A DNA stretch of 64,000 bases from the human T2T-CHM13v2.0 reference genome, Homo sapiens (GCF_009914755.1 NC_060934.1); one strand, 5' to 3'; shown: positions 44,114-64,000, numbered from the stretch's first letter. Numbers and translations: made by a program. The notes: generated by a model not told the origin, from the sequence alone.

Positions 44114-44418
44114 CGGCCGGGCGCGGTGGGTCACGCCTGTAATCCCAGCACTTTGGGAGGCCGAGGCAGGTGGATCACGAGGTCAGGAGTTCAAGACCAG
44201 CCTGGCCAAGACGGTGAAACCCCGTCTCTACTAAAAATACAAAAAATTAGCTGGGCATGGTGGTGGGCGCCTGTAATCCCAGCTACTCGGGAGGCTGAGG
44301 CAGGGAATTGCTTGAACCCAGGAGGCAAAGGTTGCAGTGAGCCAAGATCGCGCCACTGCACTCCAGCCTGGGCAACAGAGCAAAACTCCGTCTCAAAAAA
44401 AAGAAAAAAAGAAAAAAG
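44114..44418 (+). mobile_element. Alu (AluSg-like)
   Basis: Alu consensus; gaaaa(t/a)gccttt TSD. Confidence 0.93.
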
Positions 44419-45242
44419 CCTTTACCTTCGGGATATTTTCGACCATGCAACATCTACTTTTGCATCTTGAGTCTGAACAGTCTCTCTGAAGCCATCCCAA
44501 AGGCTGGTTTTAGCTTCCAGACAGAAGACTCTGTTCGCTGGCTTACCATCTCCATGACGCAAGAATTAAAGATGTCTGACGTGGAACAGTGACCCTTCTC
44601 TCAACTTTGGTGCCCCTTTGCTAAATTTATTCCTGTAATTTTGTTCTGAGTGCTCATGTCCTTTATCTCTTTTAATTTACGTATATTAGTTTATTGAATT
44701 GCAAGTAGACAAGCCCCATTAAGCAAGATTCTTATATTTCCAAGACCATCCCATTACTCCATTCAACCCCGAATTAGCGTGCCATTTATCCCCTTGTTTC
44801 TGAACCCTCTTCACTTAATAGTCTCATAAACATCCATCCATTGCAAAAAGGACTCAAACTATTCTCGCTTCCATTTTTAGTTGATTCATTGCTATCCAAG
44901 TAATAATTTGTCTGGGGGAGTCATTAGTAGAGAATTGTGCCCTTAAATTTATTTTTATAGTTGGATTCTGCTAGTTAATATCTCTCTCTCTCTCTGTCAT
45001 TCTCACATTACAACAAATGACTATGTCTTAACCTAAAATCTAGGTTAGAAATTTGATCTTATCTGAATAAGATATTAATAGATAATATGAGATTTTTTTA
45101 ATTTACTGAAACTTTTCTCAGCTAAAAATGATCGTCACAAATATGTATGTAAGCAATTGGAAAATTGGGATGTAAATATATCAACTCTTAAAATATCATG
45201 TTTGGAGACAGGATTTTCCTTTTTTTTTTTCTTTTTTAATAA

Positions 45243-45942
<700 letters not shown>

Positions 45943-46119
45943 GTATCTTACATACAGTGAGATGCATATACCTTAAATTACAACTCCATACTATTTACAT
46001 ATGTGCACATTCATGTGACCACCACTCAGCTCAAGATACAGAATGCTTCCATCACCACAGAGGGCTCCCTCTTGCCCCTTCTCAGTTGCTGTCCTCCTCA
46101 AAGTTAACCACAATCCTGA

Positions 46120-46583
<464 letters not shown>

Positions 46584-47904
46584 CTATTTATTACCCTTTT
46601 ATTTTTATGTCTAACTCAGTGTCTTGTGGGGTCTATTGGTCCTTTTTAGCTAGATTGATATTAAAAATCTTCTTATCAATGGAGTTCAGGAAATTTTTAG
46701 AAGATAGAAGCCTAACAAACCCAAGCCCCCCAATCTTAAGCCAAGTTTCCTTCTCACACCTGCTTCAGTTGCTCTTCTTCATGTGGTATTTTTTTCCTCA
46801 CAAAGCTGATGGGAAATCGAGGAACCCAAAAGCTCTTCATCATGTTATCAGCTTAGGGACGCTTGCCATCTGAATAACAGGGTAGATATTTATAATCTGA
46901 AATGTTAAAATAACAATAGGAAACACTTACATAGCACTAACTGCTGTTCAAAGTGCTTTACATATATTCTTTTCCTCAAAACAACTCTGTGAAATAGTAT
47001 TATTGTCATCCCCACACTTTAGATGGGGAAATTGAGGCAGAGAGAGACCACGTAACTTTCCCAAGGGGGTAGGGCCAGGACGTGAAACTGTGTTTTCTTG
47101 TTTTAGAGCTTGCACACTTCACCACCACACCATATTGGGTAGCATGATACTTCATGTGGTTAAAGTATTTTCTTCTATTAGCTTGGGAGCATTTTCTGAA
47201 TAATTCAAATCTTATAAATTTGCTTCAAAGAACATAAGTAAATTGAAATGGATGATCTGATATAGAATGTGTGGCATTCATGAATACATTATAGGACACT
47301 CCAGTTTTAAATAATAATTATTTGCCTATCTTGTGACTTTTGTCAGGCAGGGCTGTAATGTGCTAGCCTCATTTTCCTTCTCTTCAATAGGAGAAGATGG
47401 ACTCAGAGACAGGCACAATTTATCACAAAATCTCATCACACTTTCCCTCACCATCCGGAAGCTGGAGATAGGTTTGTGAAATCTTCGTTGTGAAAGAGTT
47501 GAATGACAGTTGTAGCATAGTGAGTTTAAGAAACATGGTTTTACTTGTCAGTTCTGTTGCACAGGGTCCTGCAAGTTTCGGCAGTTAACATATGTGACCA
47601 ACAGTTTTCTCACAAAGATTATCAGGGTTCTAGAGGAAATTATCTTCCAGTTTTATTCTGCTGCTAATGTGCTATATTTCTTTATAGATTCTTGGCCACT
47701 TGTTTTTCATTAGACATTTTTCTGCCTCTTTATGCTGTACTTTATTTCTCTTTATGCCCAGCCCCAGGATTTTCCTTCTAATTGCAAGAGGAAGATTATT
47801 GAAATTTTCTCTTTCTCAAACTCCCAGGCTCAAGTGATCCTCCCCCGTCTGCCTCCCACCACTGCACCCTGCTGATTGTCTCTTTAACCTTCCCCCTGAG
47901 CATG

Positions 47905-48042
47905 TGTACACACACACACAAACATGAATACAGACACCCAACCACATGTACACACAAACACACAGAGACATACATATATCTACACACACTTATTAGATAT
48001 ACATTTACACACACACACACGTGCACACACACATATACACAC
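47905..48042. repeat. Degenerate CA-rich simple repeat
   Basis: Directly visible. Confidence 0.85.
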
Positions 48043-48289
48043 CTTCCTTCTATCTTCTTCTCAGGACTCAGGATTCTCAGAGAGTGGAAAGAGTATTGCA
48101 CCACGAGTCAAAGATAGACTGTGCAACTTTGCCCAAGTGCCTTTCCTTTTGAGATCTCATTTATAATAATAAACATCCTTACCCACCAATTAGGGTTATT
48201 TTGAAGATAAAACAGAAAGGAAGGATAACAGAATGATGGCATGTTGTATAGTAAAAAAAAATAAAATAAAATAAAATAATTAACAACCA

Positions 48290-48800
48290 AAAATAGGTCT
48301 GGCCTTTGTCCTTGACTCCTTATCTCCAACACGTAACGCCTGATAGGAATATTTTTGCCTGGGGATCTTGGGTCAGGATGGATAGTCTAATAATAAGATT
48401 TAGGGTGGAGACTAGCCAGGCCAGGAAAACCGACTATGTGATTTAGAGTCCTGGCTTTAGGTCACCCCTGAAAGGATTGGAGACTGGAAACTGAGAGCAG
48501 CCACATGGACAATCAAGCATGCCTCCGTGATGAAGTTCCAGTAAAAATCCTGAACACTGAGGCTTGAGGGAGCCTCACTGGCTGGAATACTCCATGTGTA
48601 TTGGCACATATCAAAGCCAGGAGGGTAATGCACTCTGACTGCATGGGGAAGGGATAATGGACATTCCATATCTGGTGACCTCCTGGACTCAGCCCTATGC
48701 CTTTCTTCCACTACCTGATTTTAATCTATATATTTTCCCTATAATCAAACCATAACTGTGAGTATAACAGCTTTCTGTGAGTTCTAGCCAGTCCTTAGAG
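48290..48800 (+). mobile_element. MER21-like LTR remnant
   Basis: ggcaatactcc-like block, cataactgtgagtataacagctttctgtgagttct. Confidence 0.5.
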
Positions 48801-49689
48801 GTAAGCAAGCCGAGTTCATCTACTGCCTGCTGAAAAAACTATTTTAAAATTCCTAAACCAAAGAAGGCCAGAGCTCTCATGAATCTGATCCAACAGATTT
48901 TGAAGCCAAAGCTCCAAAGCTGAGGGTATTTGAAGCCAAAGCCAGGCCAGACAGAGATGAGGCTCCTGGGAGGGAACAGGTGCAGTCCTGTCCAGGGTGC
49001 AGTGTCCCTGGGCTATAGCTGGACAAGGGCTCCCTCTGGGTCACAGCTTCTAGGAACAGAGTTTGGGGCAAGCTGACTGTCTGATTTGTAGGACTCTGGT
49101 GATGATCTCAGCTGGGAAATTGTGTGGTAATGAAGAGAGATGGTTTTGCTTTTCCAAATCATCCACCCCCTGCATGCTTTGATCCACATTGGAACTCAGT
49201 GTGGAAACTGCCTTTGAACAGCCTAAACCTGAACTCTGGGCTGTGTGTCCAGTTTCCTGGCCTCCAGCTTTGTTCACTCCTTACCCCTACCTATCACTGA
49301 TGCCAGATCCATCCTCCCAAATATCCTTTTCATCATGTTACTCTCCCCACCACCTCACGGCATCTTCTGCACAACAGGAAATGTCTCTAACCTCAGTCTG
49401 GCATTCAAGGTTCTTTCTGATGTGGCCCACCTCTCACCACTCCACCACATCTTCCCGTGGGCCCTGCCAAACTGGATCAATTTTTTCTATCCATGAGCTG
49501 AACTTTCCCACCTCCAAACTGTTGCTTGCACTGAGTCCTTCCTCTGAATGTTCTGTTCCTCCCTCTCCCCAAGTCCAAATGCTATAGACTGAATTGTGTC
49601 TCCCCCAAATTCATATGCTGCAGCCCTAATCCCTTATGTGATTGCATTTTGAAATAGGGCTGTTAGGAGATAATTAAAATTAAGTGAGG

Positions 49690-52680
49690 TAGGATGGGCA
49701 GAGCAAGATGGCTGAATAGCAGCCTCCATCAATGATTCTCCTTGCAGGAAAATCAAATTTAACAACTCTCTACACCAAAAAGTCATCTTCATAAGAACCA
49801 AAAATCAGGTGAGTACTCACAGTACCTGGCCCTAACTTCATAACACTGAAAGAGGCACTGAGGAGGGTAGGAAAGACAGTCTTGAAACACCAAGGTCACT
49901 CCTCTCCCATCCCCCAGCAGTGGCCACTGTGGTGCTGAGAGAGAATCTGTGCACTTGGGGAAGGGAGAGTGCAGCAATTGTGGGACTTTGCATTGAACTC
50001 AGTGTTGCCCTGTCACAGCAGAAAGCAAAACCAGGGGGAACTCCCGTGACACCTGCCCGTGGAGGGAGCATTTAAACCAGCCCTACCCAGAGGGGTTCAC
50101 CCATCCTAGCAGTTAGAAGGCTTGAGGCTTGAGTTTTGATAAGCCTTGCCATGGCAAGCTATCGTTACCTGGGGCTCTAAGTAAACTTGAAAGGCAGTCT
50201 AGACCATAAAGACTTCAATTCCCAGGTAAGTCCTAATGCCATGCTAGGCTTAGAGCCAGTGGACTCAGGGGGCACACAACCTAGTAAGACACCAGGCAGG
50301 GCAGCCAAGCGAGTGCTTGCACCACCCCTCTCCCAACCCAAGCAGTGCAGCATGCAGCAACAAACGTGGCTTCTTCCTTTTGCTTGAGGAGAGGAGAGGA
50401 AAGAGTAAAGAGGACTTTGTCTTACATCTTGGATACCAGCTCAGCCACAGCAGGATAGAGCACTGGTCAGAGTCAAGAGACCCCCATTCCAGGATCTAGC
50501 TCCTGAATGTCATTTCTAGATATACCCTGGGCCAGAAGGGAATCTGATGCCTTAAAGAAAAGAACCCAGTCCTGGCAGGATTCATCACCTGCTGACTCAG
50601 GAGTCCTTGGGCCTTGAATAGCCAACAGTGATACCCAGGTAGTATGTTATGGGCCTGGAGTAAGACTCTGAGACTGAGACATGCTGGCTTCAGATGAGAC
50701 CCAGCACATTCCCAGCTGTGGTGGCTGTGGTGAGGGACTTCTTCTGCTTCAGAAAAGCAGAGGGAAAGGTAAAAGGGACTTTGTCATGCAGCTTAGGTAC
50801 CTGTCTGGCCACCATGGGGTAGAGCACCAAATGGGCTCTTGTGGTCACTGATTCTAGGCCTTGGCTCTTAGATAGCATTTCTGGACGTGCACGTGCCCTG
50901 GGCCAAAGGGGAGCCCACTGCCCCAAAGGGTGAGTCCCAGGCCTGGAAACACTCACCACAAGTGATTTAAGAGCCCTTGGGCCCTAAGTGAACATCGACC
51001 GTAGGCTGGCAGTGTTCCCTGTGGGCCTCTGGTGGTGGCCACAGGGTGAGTTTCCTCTGCCTGTGAAAAGGCAAAGGCAGAGTGGAAAGGACTTTGTCTC
51101 ATGGTTTCAGTGTCAGCTCAGCCGCCTTAGAATAAAGCATCAGGTAAATTTCTAAGGTTTTTTACTCCAGTCCCTGGCTCCCACACAGCATCTCTAGACC
51201 CGCTAGGGCCTGAAGGAACTCATTGCCCTGAAGGGAAAGACACAAGCCTGGCTGGCTTTGCCACCTGCTGACTGCAGAGCCCTAGGGCCTTGAATGAACA
51301 TCGGTGATAGCCAGGCAGTGTTTACAGGGGGCCTTGAGTGAGACCCAGTGCTTTGCTGGCTTTAGGTCTGACCCAGTGCAGTCTAAGTGGTGGTAGCCAT
51401 AGGGATGTTGTGTCAGCCCACCTGCAGCTCCAAGTGGCTCAGCACAGAGAGAGAGAGAAACAAAAAAAGAGACTGAGACTGTTTGGGAGAAATTACAGGT
51501 AAAGAATAAAAGTCTCTGCCTGGTAGTCCAGAGAATTCTTCCAGATCTTATCTAAGACTGCCAAGGCAGTACTTCTATGAGTCTGCAAGCACCATAGCAT
51601 CACTGGGCTTGGAGTGTCCCCTACTCAGATACAGTTTAGATCACAACACCCACATCCTTTCAAATACCTGGAAAACCTTTCCAAGGATGAGTACAAACAA
51701 GCCCAGACTGAGAAGACTACAATAAATACCTAACTCTTCAATGCCCAGGCACTAAAGAACATCCACAAGCATCGAGCCCATCCAGGAAAACGTGACCTCA
51801 TCAAACAAACTAATTAAGGCACCAGGGACCAGCCCTAGAGAAACAGAGATATGTAACCTTCCAGACAGAGAATTCGAAATAGTGGTTTTGAGGAAACTCA
51901 AAGAAATTCAAGATAACACAGAGAAAGGATTCAAAATTCTATCAGATAAATTTAACAACAAGATTGAAATAATTAGAATCAAGCAGAAATTCTGTAGTTG
52001 AAAAATGCAAATGACATAATAAAGAATGCATCAGAGTCTCTTAATAGTTAAATTGATCAAGCAGAAGAAAAAATCAGTGATCTTGAAGACAAGCTATTTG
52101 AAAATACACAGTTAGAGGAGACAAAAAAATTAAAAAAGAATGAAGCATGCCTATGAGATCTAGAAAATAGCCTCAAAAGGGCAAAGCTAACAGTTATTGG
52201 CCTTAAAGCGAAAGTAAAGAAATAGAGGTAGAAAGTTTATTCAAAGGGATAATAACAGAGAACTTTTCAAACCTAGAGAAAGATATAAATATTCAAGTAC
52301 AAGAAGGTTATAGAACACCAAGCAGATTTAACCTAAAGAAAACTAACTCAAGGCATTTAATACTCAAACTCCCAAAGGTCAAGGATAAAAAAAGGATCCT
52401 AAAGCAGCAGGAGAACAGCAACAAATAACATACAATGGAGTTCTAATACGTCTTGCAGCAGACTTTCAGTGGAAACCTTACAGGCCAGAAGGGAGTGTCA
52501 TAACATATTTTAAGTGCTGAAGAAAAAAATCTTTTACCCTAGAATAATATATCCAGCAAAAATACCCTTCATACCTAAAGGAGAAATAAAGAGTTTCCCA
52601 GACGAACAAAAGTTCGGGGATTTCATCAACACCAGACCTGTGCTACAAGAAATGTTAAAGGAAGGCCTCCAATCTGGAGT
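49690..52680 (+). mobile_element. Old L1 (L1PB/L1MA-type) 5'UTR plus decayed ORF1, 3'-truncated
   Basis: gagcaagatggctgaatag start; ORF1p-like pieces ETEICNLPDREFEIVVLRKLKEIQDNTEK and FYPRIIYPAKIPF...GEIKSFPDEQKFGDFINTRPVLQEMLK. Confidence 0.9.
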
Positions 52681-52914
52681 TGGACAGGCAGTGGTTAATT
52701 CTCCCAGCAATGATGTGTGGCAGCACATGCTAAGGGTTGTCTACCAGGGAAGCCCACCCAAGCAACCCTTAGTGCTCAGGGTTTTTCTTGGGGCATGCAG
52801 CTCCTGGGTGATTGACCCCAGCTACTCAGGTTTCAGTCCCTAGAGAGGTCATATTGATACAGCAAAGCCCAAAGCCTCAGGCATACAAAAACATTCTTAC
52901 AAGGCAGAATATTT

Positions 52915-53239
<325 letters not shown>

Positions 53240-54007
53240 TTATCTCCCCAGAGGTGGTCAAGGGCCAGTCCTTTTTTTGGAATGTGCAGGGTTGGAGTGA
53301 CCCAAGGCTGCTGAGCAAACTAACGCTTTACTGTCCAGTGGTCTACATTAGAATGCCCTGAGGAGCTTTCAGAATGCTCTATGGCCAGGCTGCACCCAGA
53401 TCAATCACTCAGAGTCTCTAGAGGGTCTGTCCAAAGTCAAGACCCACTGCCATAGATAGTAATTGGTACCAAAGGAAGGAGTGAGCTCATCCCAGAGGGA
53501 ATGAGGAGAGAGTGGTCACAGGTGGAAGAGATGGCCAAGAACAGTGGACTAAGGAGCAGCAGAGGCTGCAGACTGCAGGAGGGATGGCACACAGGGAAGG
53601 AGTGGCCAGAGAAAGGGCAGAGAACCAGGGTCCCCAGGTGTACTACATTCAGTGGTTTTTAGTATATTCAGAGTTGTGCAAAAACCACCACAATCATTTT
53701 TAAGACATTTTCAACAACTCCAAAAGAAACCCTGTGTCCTTTAGCTGTTACCACCCACCCACAATGACCCCATTCCCTCCAGCCCTGAGCAACTGCTTAT
53801 CTACTCTCTGTCTCTACGGAATTGCCTATTTTGGACATCTCATATAATTGCAATCATACCATATGTGGTCTTTCATGATTAGCATCTTTCATTTAGCATA
53901 ATAGTTTCAAAGTTCATCCATGTTATAGTGTGTTTAGTACTTTATTCCTTTCTATGGCTGAATAATATTACATTGTTTTTATTTTTTATTTTATTTTATT
54001 TTTTTAG

Positions 54008-54100
<93 letters not shown>

Positions 54101-54196
54101 TGAGCCAGCATGCCAGGCCATATTCCATTGTATTGATATATATCACATATGGTTATCTGTTCATCAGTTAACAGGCATTTGGGTTGTTTTCACAAC

Positions 54197-54822
54197 TGGA
54201 TGGTGGGTACATGGCAAAGGTGTAATCTGTAGCACAGACAGCCAAAAAGATCTGGGCATGCTTTTTGACCAAGGCCTGTCGGTCGGTGCAGAATGAGGGC
54301 CAAGAAGTCATGAGCAATCACAGCGGCCAGGTCCCATTTGAGCTTCCCCAGGACCATCACCTCCCAGTCCCGCAACTGGCAGGGAGAGACAGCGTGGTCG
54401 GTGTAGATGCACATTTTCTCAATGGTCATGGGCCCAGTCTTACGCAGCTTGGAGGCCAGCCGCATGGAGACCGCAACCAAGAGCTGCAACTGTGCCTTTC
54501 GGGTGGGTGGGGACGTAGGACAGGTAGCATGCAGGTGGTTCATGGCCAGGGGAAAGACTTCCTCCTTACAGCACTGCTCCTCCTCACAGCACTGCTCCTC
54601 ACACACCTCCAGCATCCAGTAAACCAGCATCTTCCGCATGTGCGGCTTGCTCTCCCTTTGCACGCACTGGAAGTAGGCGCAGTGCACGCAGCGCTACTCC
54701 AAGGGGAGCAAGCTCTGCAGGACGCGCTGATCCCCTGGCGTCTGCGGGTCCTCGAGCCTTCGCAGCATAGCAGCTCCACACTCGGGCAGCGCACAGGCAG
54801 GGCGGGAGTGCAAGCTAGCGCC
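54197..54822 (-). pseudogene. CCND3P1: Cyclin D3 processed pseudogene, 3'-truncated (probably CCND3P1)
   Basis: (GTG)ELLCCEG at 54779; YFQCVQRESKPHMRKMLVYWMLEVCEEQ...[58 protein letters not shown]; intronless; start lost, frameshifts; stops after ...[10 protein letters not shown]. Confidence 0.95.
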
Positions 54823-55016
54823 CATCATTTGTTTCTAAGTATTGTCATTCTTTGTGATACTATTAAAAATAGAATTATATTCCCAGTTTTGTTTTGGGGT
54901 TATTCATTGTACATGTAAAGAAATTGAGTTAATTTTTGTATATTGATCTCATAGTCTACAACTTTGCAGATTATTATTATATTAGTTATAATAGGGTTTT
55001 TTTGTAGATTCCTTAG

Positions 55017-55549
<533 letters not shown>

Positions 55550-55551
55550 AT

Positions 55552-55902
55552 TGATATGGTTTGGCTGTGTCTCCACCCAAATCTCATCTTGAATTGTAGC
55601 TCCCATAATTCCCATGTGTTGTGGGAGGAACACAGTGGGAGATAATTGAATCATAAGGGCGTTTCCTCCATACTGTTCTCCTGACAGTGAATAAGTCTCT
55701 CGAGATCTGATGATTTTATAAGGGGTTTCCCTCTGGCGTGGCTCTCATTCTTTTCTTGCCTGCTGCCATGTGAGATGCTCCTTGCTCTTTCGCCATGATT
55801 GTGAGGCCTCTCCAGCCATGGGGAACTGTGAGCCAAACCTCTTTCCTTTATAAATTATCCAGTCTTGGGTATGTCTTTATAAGCAGCATGAGAATGGACC
55901 GA
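55552..55902 (+). mobile_element. THE1-type MaLR solo LTR, within an L1M (-) remnant
   Basis: tgatatggtttggctgtgtctccacccaaatctcatcttgaattgtagctccc... THE1 consensus. Confidence 0.88.
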
Positions 55903-56488
55903 TCATGTCATCTGCAAATAAAGATAGTTTTATTTTTTCTTTTCTAATCTGGAAGCTTTTGTTTCACTTTCTTGCGTAATTACCTTGGCTAGCACCTCTA
56001 GTACAATGTTGAATAGAAGTGGTTGGAATGCAGCTCCTTGTATTGTACCTGACCTTAAAAGAAAAGCATTCAGCCTTTCACCATTATGTATGTTAGCTGG
56101 GATGATCTGTAGATGCCCTTTGCCAGGTTGAAGAAGTTCCTTCCATTCTGTTTGTTAATAATTTTTATCATGAAATTTTGTCAATATTTTCAGCTTACAT
56201 TGAGATGATCATATGGTTTTGTCCTTTATTCTGTTAATAAAATTATATTGGTTAATTTTCAGATGTTAAACCAACCTTGCCTTCCTGGGATTAATCCCAA
56301 TTGGTCATGATATGTGACGTTTTTATATGTTGCTGCATTCTGCTTACTTATATTTTTGCCATAACCTCTTAACTTGTTTGCATCTCTATTCCAAGCTCCT
56401 TACATTCTAGTCTCAGCACACTGGCTAGAGTGTTGTGATCATGCTACACTTCTTTTTTATATCTTCCAGGGGCTTCTTTCATACTTGA

Positions 56489-56726
<238 letters not shown>

Positions 56727-57094
56727 TAAAAGCTAAACGCTTGCAAAACCAAATGTGAACATGCTTCCTACATCCTTTCTAGCACATTTCCTGGCACTCT
56801 CTGCCTCAACTACTTGGCTTTTGCTATACTAATCTCCTTTCTATTTCTCAAACATCCAAGAAAATTTCCACCTCAGGATATTAGCGCTTACTGTATTCCC
56901 TTCCTGGACGTGTACTCTCCTATATGGCTTACTCCCTTTCTTCCTTCAGGCTTCTGTTCAAATGTTGCCTTATTAGAGAAGCATTTTCTGATCACCCTAT
57001 AAAATAGCAACCCTTTTACCTCTAAGCATGGCATGATATTCTCCATTCTCCTAACTGCTCTTTTTCCATAGAATGTGTTACTATGACATTCTAT

Positions 57095-58149
<1,055 letters not shown>

Positions 58150-58194
58150 TTAATTCATTTAACTGTATATTGGACAACTATTACTCATTTATCA

Positions 58195-58480
58195 GGCAAG
58201 CGTGGTGGCTCATGCCTGTAACCCAGGCACTTTGGGAAGCCACATTGGGTAGATCACCTGAGCCCAGGTGTTTGAGACTGGCCTGGGCAACATGGTGATG
58301 AAACCTCGTCTCTACCAAAACTACAAAAATTAGCCCAGCATGATGGTGCATGCTTCTGGTCCCAGCTACTCGGGAAGCTGATGCAGGAAAATCACCTGAG
58401 CCAGGAAGGTGGAGGTTGCAGTAAGACAAGATCATGGAACTACGCTTCAGCCTGGGCAACAGGGCGAAACCCTGTCTCAA
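58195..58480 (+). mobile_element. Alu (diverged)
   Basis: Alu consensus. Confidence 0.88.
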
Positions 58481-58636
58481 CAACAGTGACAAATTTATTA
58501 CTATTGGCAATGCTGTAGATTCTGGGAATACAATGGTGACAAAAAAAAACAAAAAAATCCTTCCTTTTATAGAGCTTAACCTATAGTGAAGAGAGAAATT
58601 CAATAAACAAATCCAAGTAAAATATGTAGTATGTCA

Positions 58637-59071
<435 letters not shown>

Positions 59072-60266
59072 CTAGAGATCTAATGTACAACAAACACTGC
59101 AGTTAGTAAAATTGTATTGTATTAGGGACTTTTGTTAACTAAGCAGATTTTAGCTGCTCTTGTCATAAAAAAGTAACTGTGAGATGGTAGGTATGTTGAT
59201 TTGCTTCACTGTAGTAACCATTTCACTGTCTATATGCATCCTATAACATCATGTTGTAAACTTCAAATATACACAATAAAATTTATTTGGAAAAAAAGAA
59301 ATATAGAGGTCACTGATGTTCTTTCTAAAAAATAAATAAATAAATTTTTTGTAGAGATGGGTCTCACCATGTTGCCCAGGCTGGTCTCCAACTCCTGGCT
59401 TCAAGTGATCTTCCCGCCTCAGCCTCCCAAAGTGCTGGGATTACAGGTATGAGCCACCGCCCGCAGCCTCTGATGTTTTGTTTGTTTGTTTTTGTTGTGC
59501 AGGAGACTGAAGTTTTATTATTACTCAAATCAGTCTCCCCAAGCATTTGGGGATCAGAGTTTTTAAGGACAACTTGCTGGGTGGGGGGAAGCCAGTGGGC
59601 CAGGAGTGCTGATTGGCTAGGTAGGAGATGAAATCATAGGGAGTTGAAGCTGTCCTCTTGCTCTGAATCAGTTCCTGGGTGTGATGTTCTTAATGAGAAC
59701 ATTTTCAATGGAGAAATGGGCATTTAAACCTTACTGGAGTAGATTCAAATACAAATGAAAAGACAGAAATTAAAACAGAGCACTGAAAATGATTTTAGGG
59801 ATTTTACTATAAAGTTGAATAGAGAAATGGGGTGTGAAGAAACACCATGTTTGTATGTTGATCAAAATTATCCAGAATAAATAGAAAATAAGTGATATGG
59901 AAGAGAGAAGAGAAAGCTGCTGAGCTATGTCCTTGTGTAAGTCTTGGAGAGGGATGGAGTCTAGTTCCCAAGTAGAGGAAATGGACTTGATATAAGGCCT
60001 AAATGGGATGATGTAGGCAGGTGGTATATTTGTTAAACGAATCACTGACAGTTCATCATAACAGTAAAGTATTTGCCCAAGGAAATTCCACCCGATGGCA
60101 TAGCATCATAGGACTTCCTCTCATCTTCTTTTTAAACAGAGTCCATTTTTGTATGGCACATACTCAACAGGGTTGTAGTCTATAATAAAAATTTAAAGTT
60201 CAGGTTCAACTGCTGCTTGTTATGATTTCCTGAAGGCTATTGCAACAGTTATTTTACTTGGGACCA

Positions 60267-61073
<807 letters not shown>

Positions 61074-61437
61074 TCTAAATCATGTAAATTTTAAATGCAT
61101 ATTCATGCCTTTTATCTAACATTTCCATTTCTAGGAATTCACCTTATAGACAGACTTTCACAAGCATGCAATGTCATATGTAGAAGGATGTTCACTGCAG
61201 CATTTTTTTGTGATGGCAGAAGAATGGAAACAACTTAAACATAAGTGATTCACTACATAAACTTTCGTAAAGACATGTTACAGAACTCTCTTCCCTATTC
61301 TAAGGAGGGATGCACTTGTCTAGAGAGTACTTGTGGCGTGGGAAGACTTTAAATTTTTTACTCCATATAAGTCTGAATTATAAATATTTTATAACGAGCA
61401 TGTATCAATATATTTTTGCCATTAAAAATAAATATAA

Positions 61438-62265
<828 letters not shown>

Positions 62266-62416
62266 GACAGTTTTGAAACACATGAACTATCACAATCTTG
62301 CAAATTCTATGAAACTGTGTCTTTTATTTTTAAAATCATGAAAGTTTTGCATTTTCTCCATTACTTCTATGTTTGTTACAGTATAACAATGACACTTTCC
62401 CTAACTATACAGTTAA

Positions 62417-62835
<419 letters not shown>

Positions 62836-63577
62836 GGACTTCTTGATCTCCTTTGTCAAATGCCTGAGTGTTCAATGAATGATTGAACATGTCAAAGTCA
62901 AATAAAATATAGAGATGAATTTCTACGTTTAAAAAGTCTTATTTGGGAAGCAAAAATTGCAATTCGAGCACACAGGCCGGGTGTCCTTCAATTTGAAAAA
63001 CAGGCGGTTACAGCAGCCAGGTTTGCAGAGAATTGCATTCTTGGAGCAATGTTTTGTACCCTGAGTGCTTTTTCACTCCTTGCTTCTCCATCTTTAATTG
63101 GATATGACAAGGATGATCCAATTTGTATGATCAACTTCCATGAACATTATGTTGTCTAAATAAGGAGAAACTCCTATGGATAAATTGCCCTTAGTAACCA
63201 AACAGTTGACTTCACACAGCCATTCAGTTCACACTTAAAAGGAAAGCTCACAAACCTCTTTCACTGGCTTTAGACCAATACATGTAGAAAGATTTACTTA
63301 TACATTAGGGAAGCCAAAATATATGTTTATATTAATTCCATTCATTTATTCATTGCTTAAGTCCAAGGAGAAAATTTCATAGTTCTGTTCCTTGTGGCTT
63401 AGCCTAGCATCTTGAAAAAGGATAATCCCTAAGTATTAAGTAAAGATCAGGGGATCTTCAAGGTATAGTATAAAAGGCACTGGCCTGGGAATCAGAAGAA
63501 GGGAATCAGAAGAAGTGGGTTCTAGTCCTCCCTCTACTAGGAGCCTACCACCTGTCATTAGGAAAGAAATTTAATGT

Positions 63578-63952
<375 letters not shown>

Positions 63953-64000
63953 TAATCTTTATGAGTGGATTGTAGAAACCATGGAATTGCTTAAGATTGA

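Noticed and set aside
54265-54918. 217-aa plus-strand ORF
   Set aside because: Antisense shadow of the CCND3 pseudogene

Overview
Primate (almost certainly human) nuclear genomic DNA, Alu-dense, with no prokaryotic-type features. The only real protein-coding sequence is coding exon 1 of MTPAP (mitochondrial poly(A) polymerase; minus strand, 276->120), which the ORF track misses, together with its CpG promoter. About 7.1-29.1 kb is a mosaic segmental duplication: the 3' exons of DNM1 (+) lie tail-to-tail with a multi-exon, decayed GOLGA2/GOLGA6/8-type pseudogene (-). That pseudogene carries an intronic 7SL copy and a ~3.5 kb AT-rich insert placed exactly at its stop codon. Further right are processed pseudogenes of NIFK and CCND3 among Alu, L1, MaLR and LTR18 repeats. 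From memory this gene order matches human 10p11.23 (MTPAP, DNM1P17, GOLGA2P6, NIFKP1, CCND3P1, with MAP3K8 beyond the window); this was not checked against a database. I found no self-contained new biological system. The strongest leads are (i) a possible GOLGA-promoter-driven, phase-compatible read-through into MTPAP, (ii) a T22-AG-CA-ATG element directly in front of the MTPAP start codon, and (iii) readable assembly scars of what may be the ancestral GOLGA core duplicon. Exon edges were read by eye, repeat boundaries are approximate, and repeat subfamily names are tentative.
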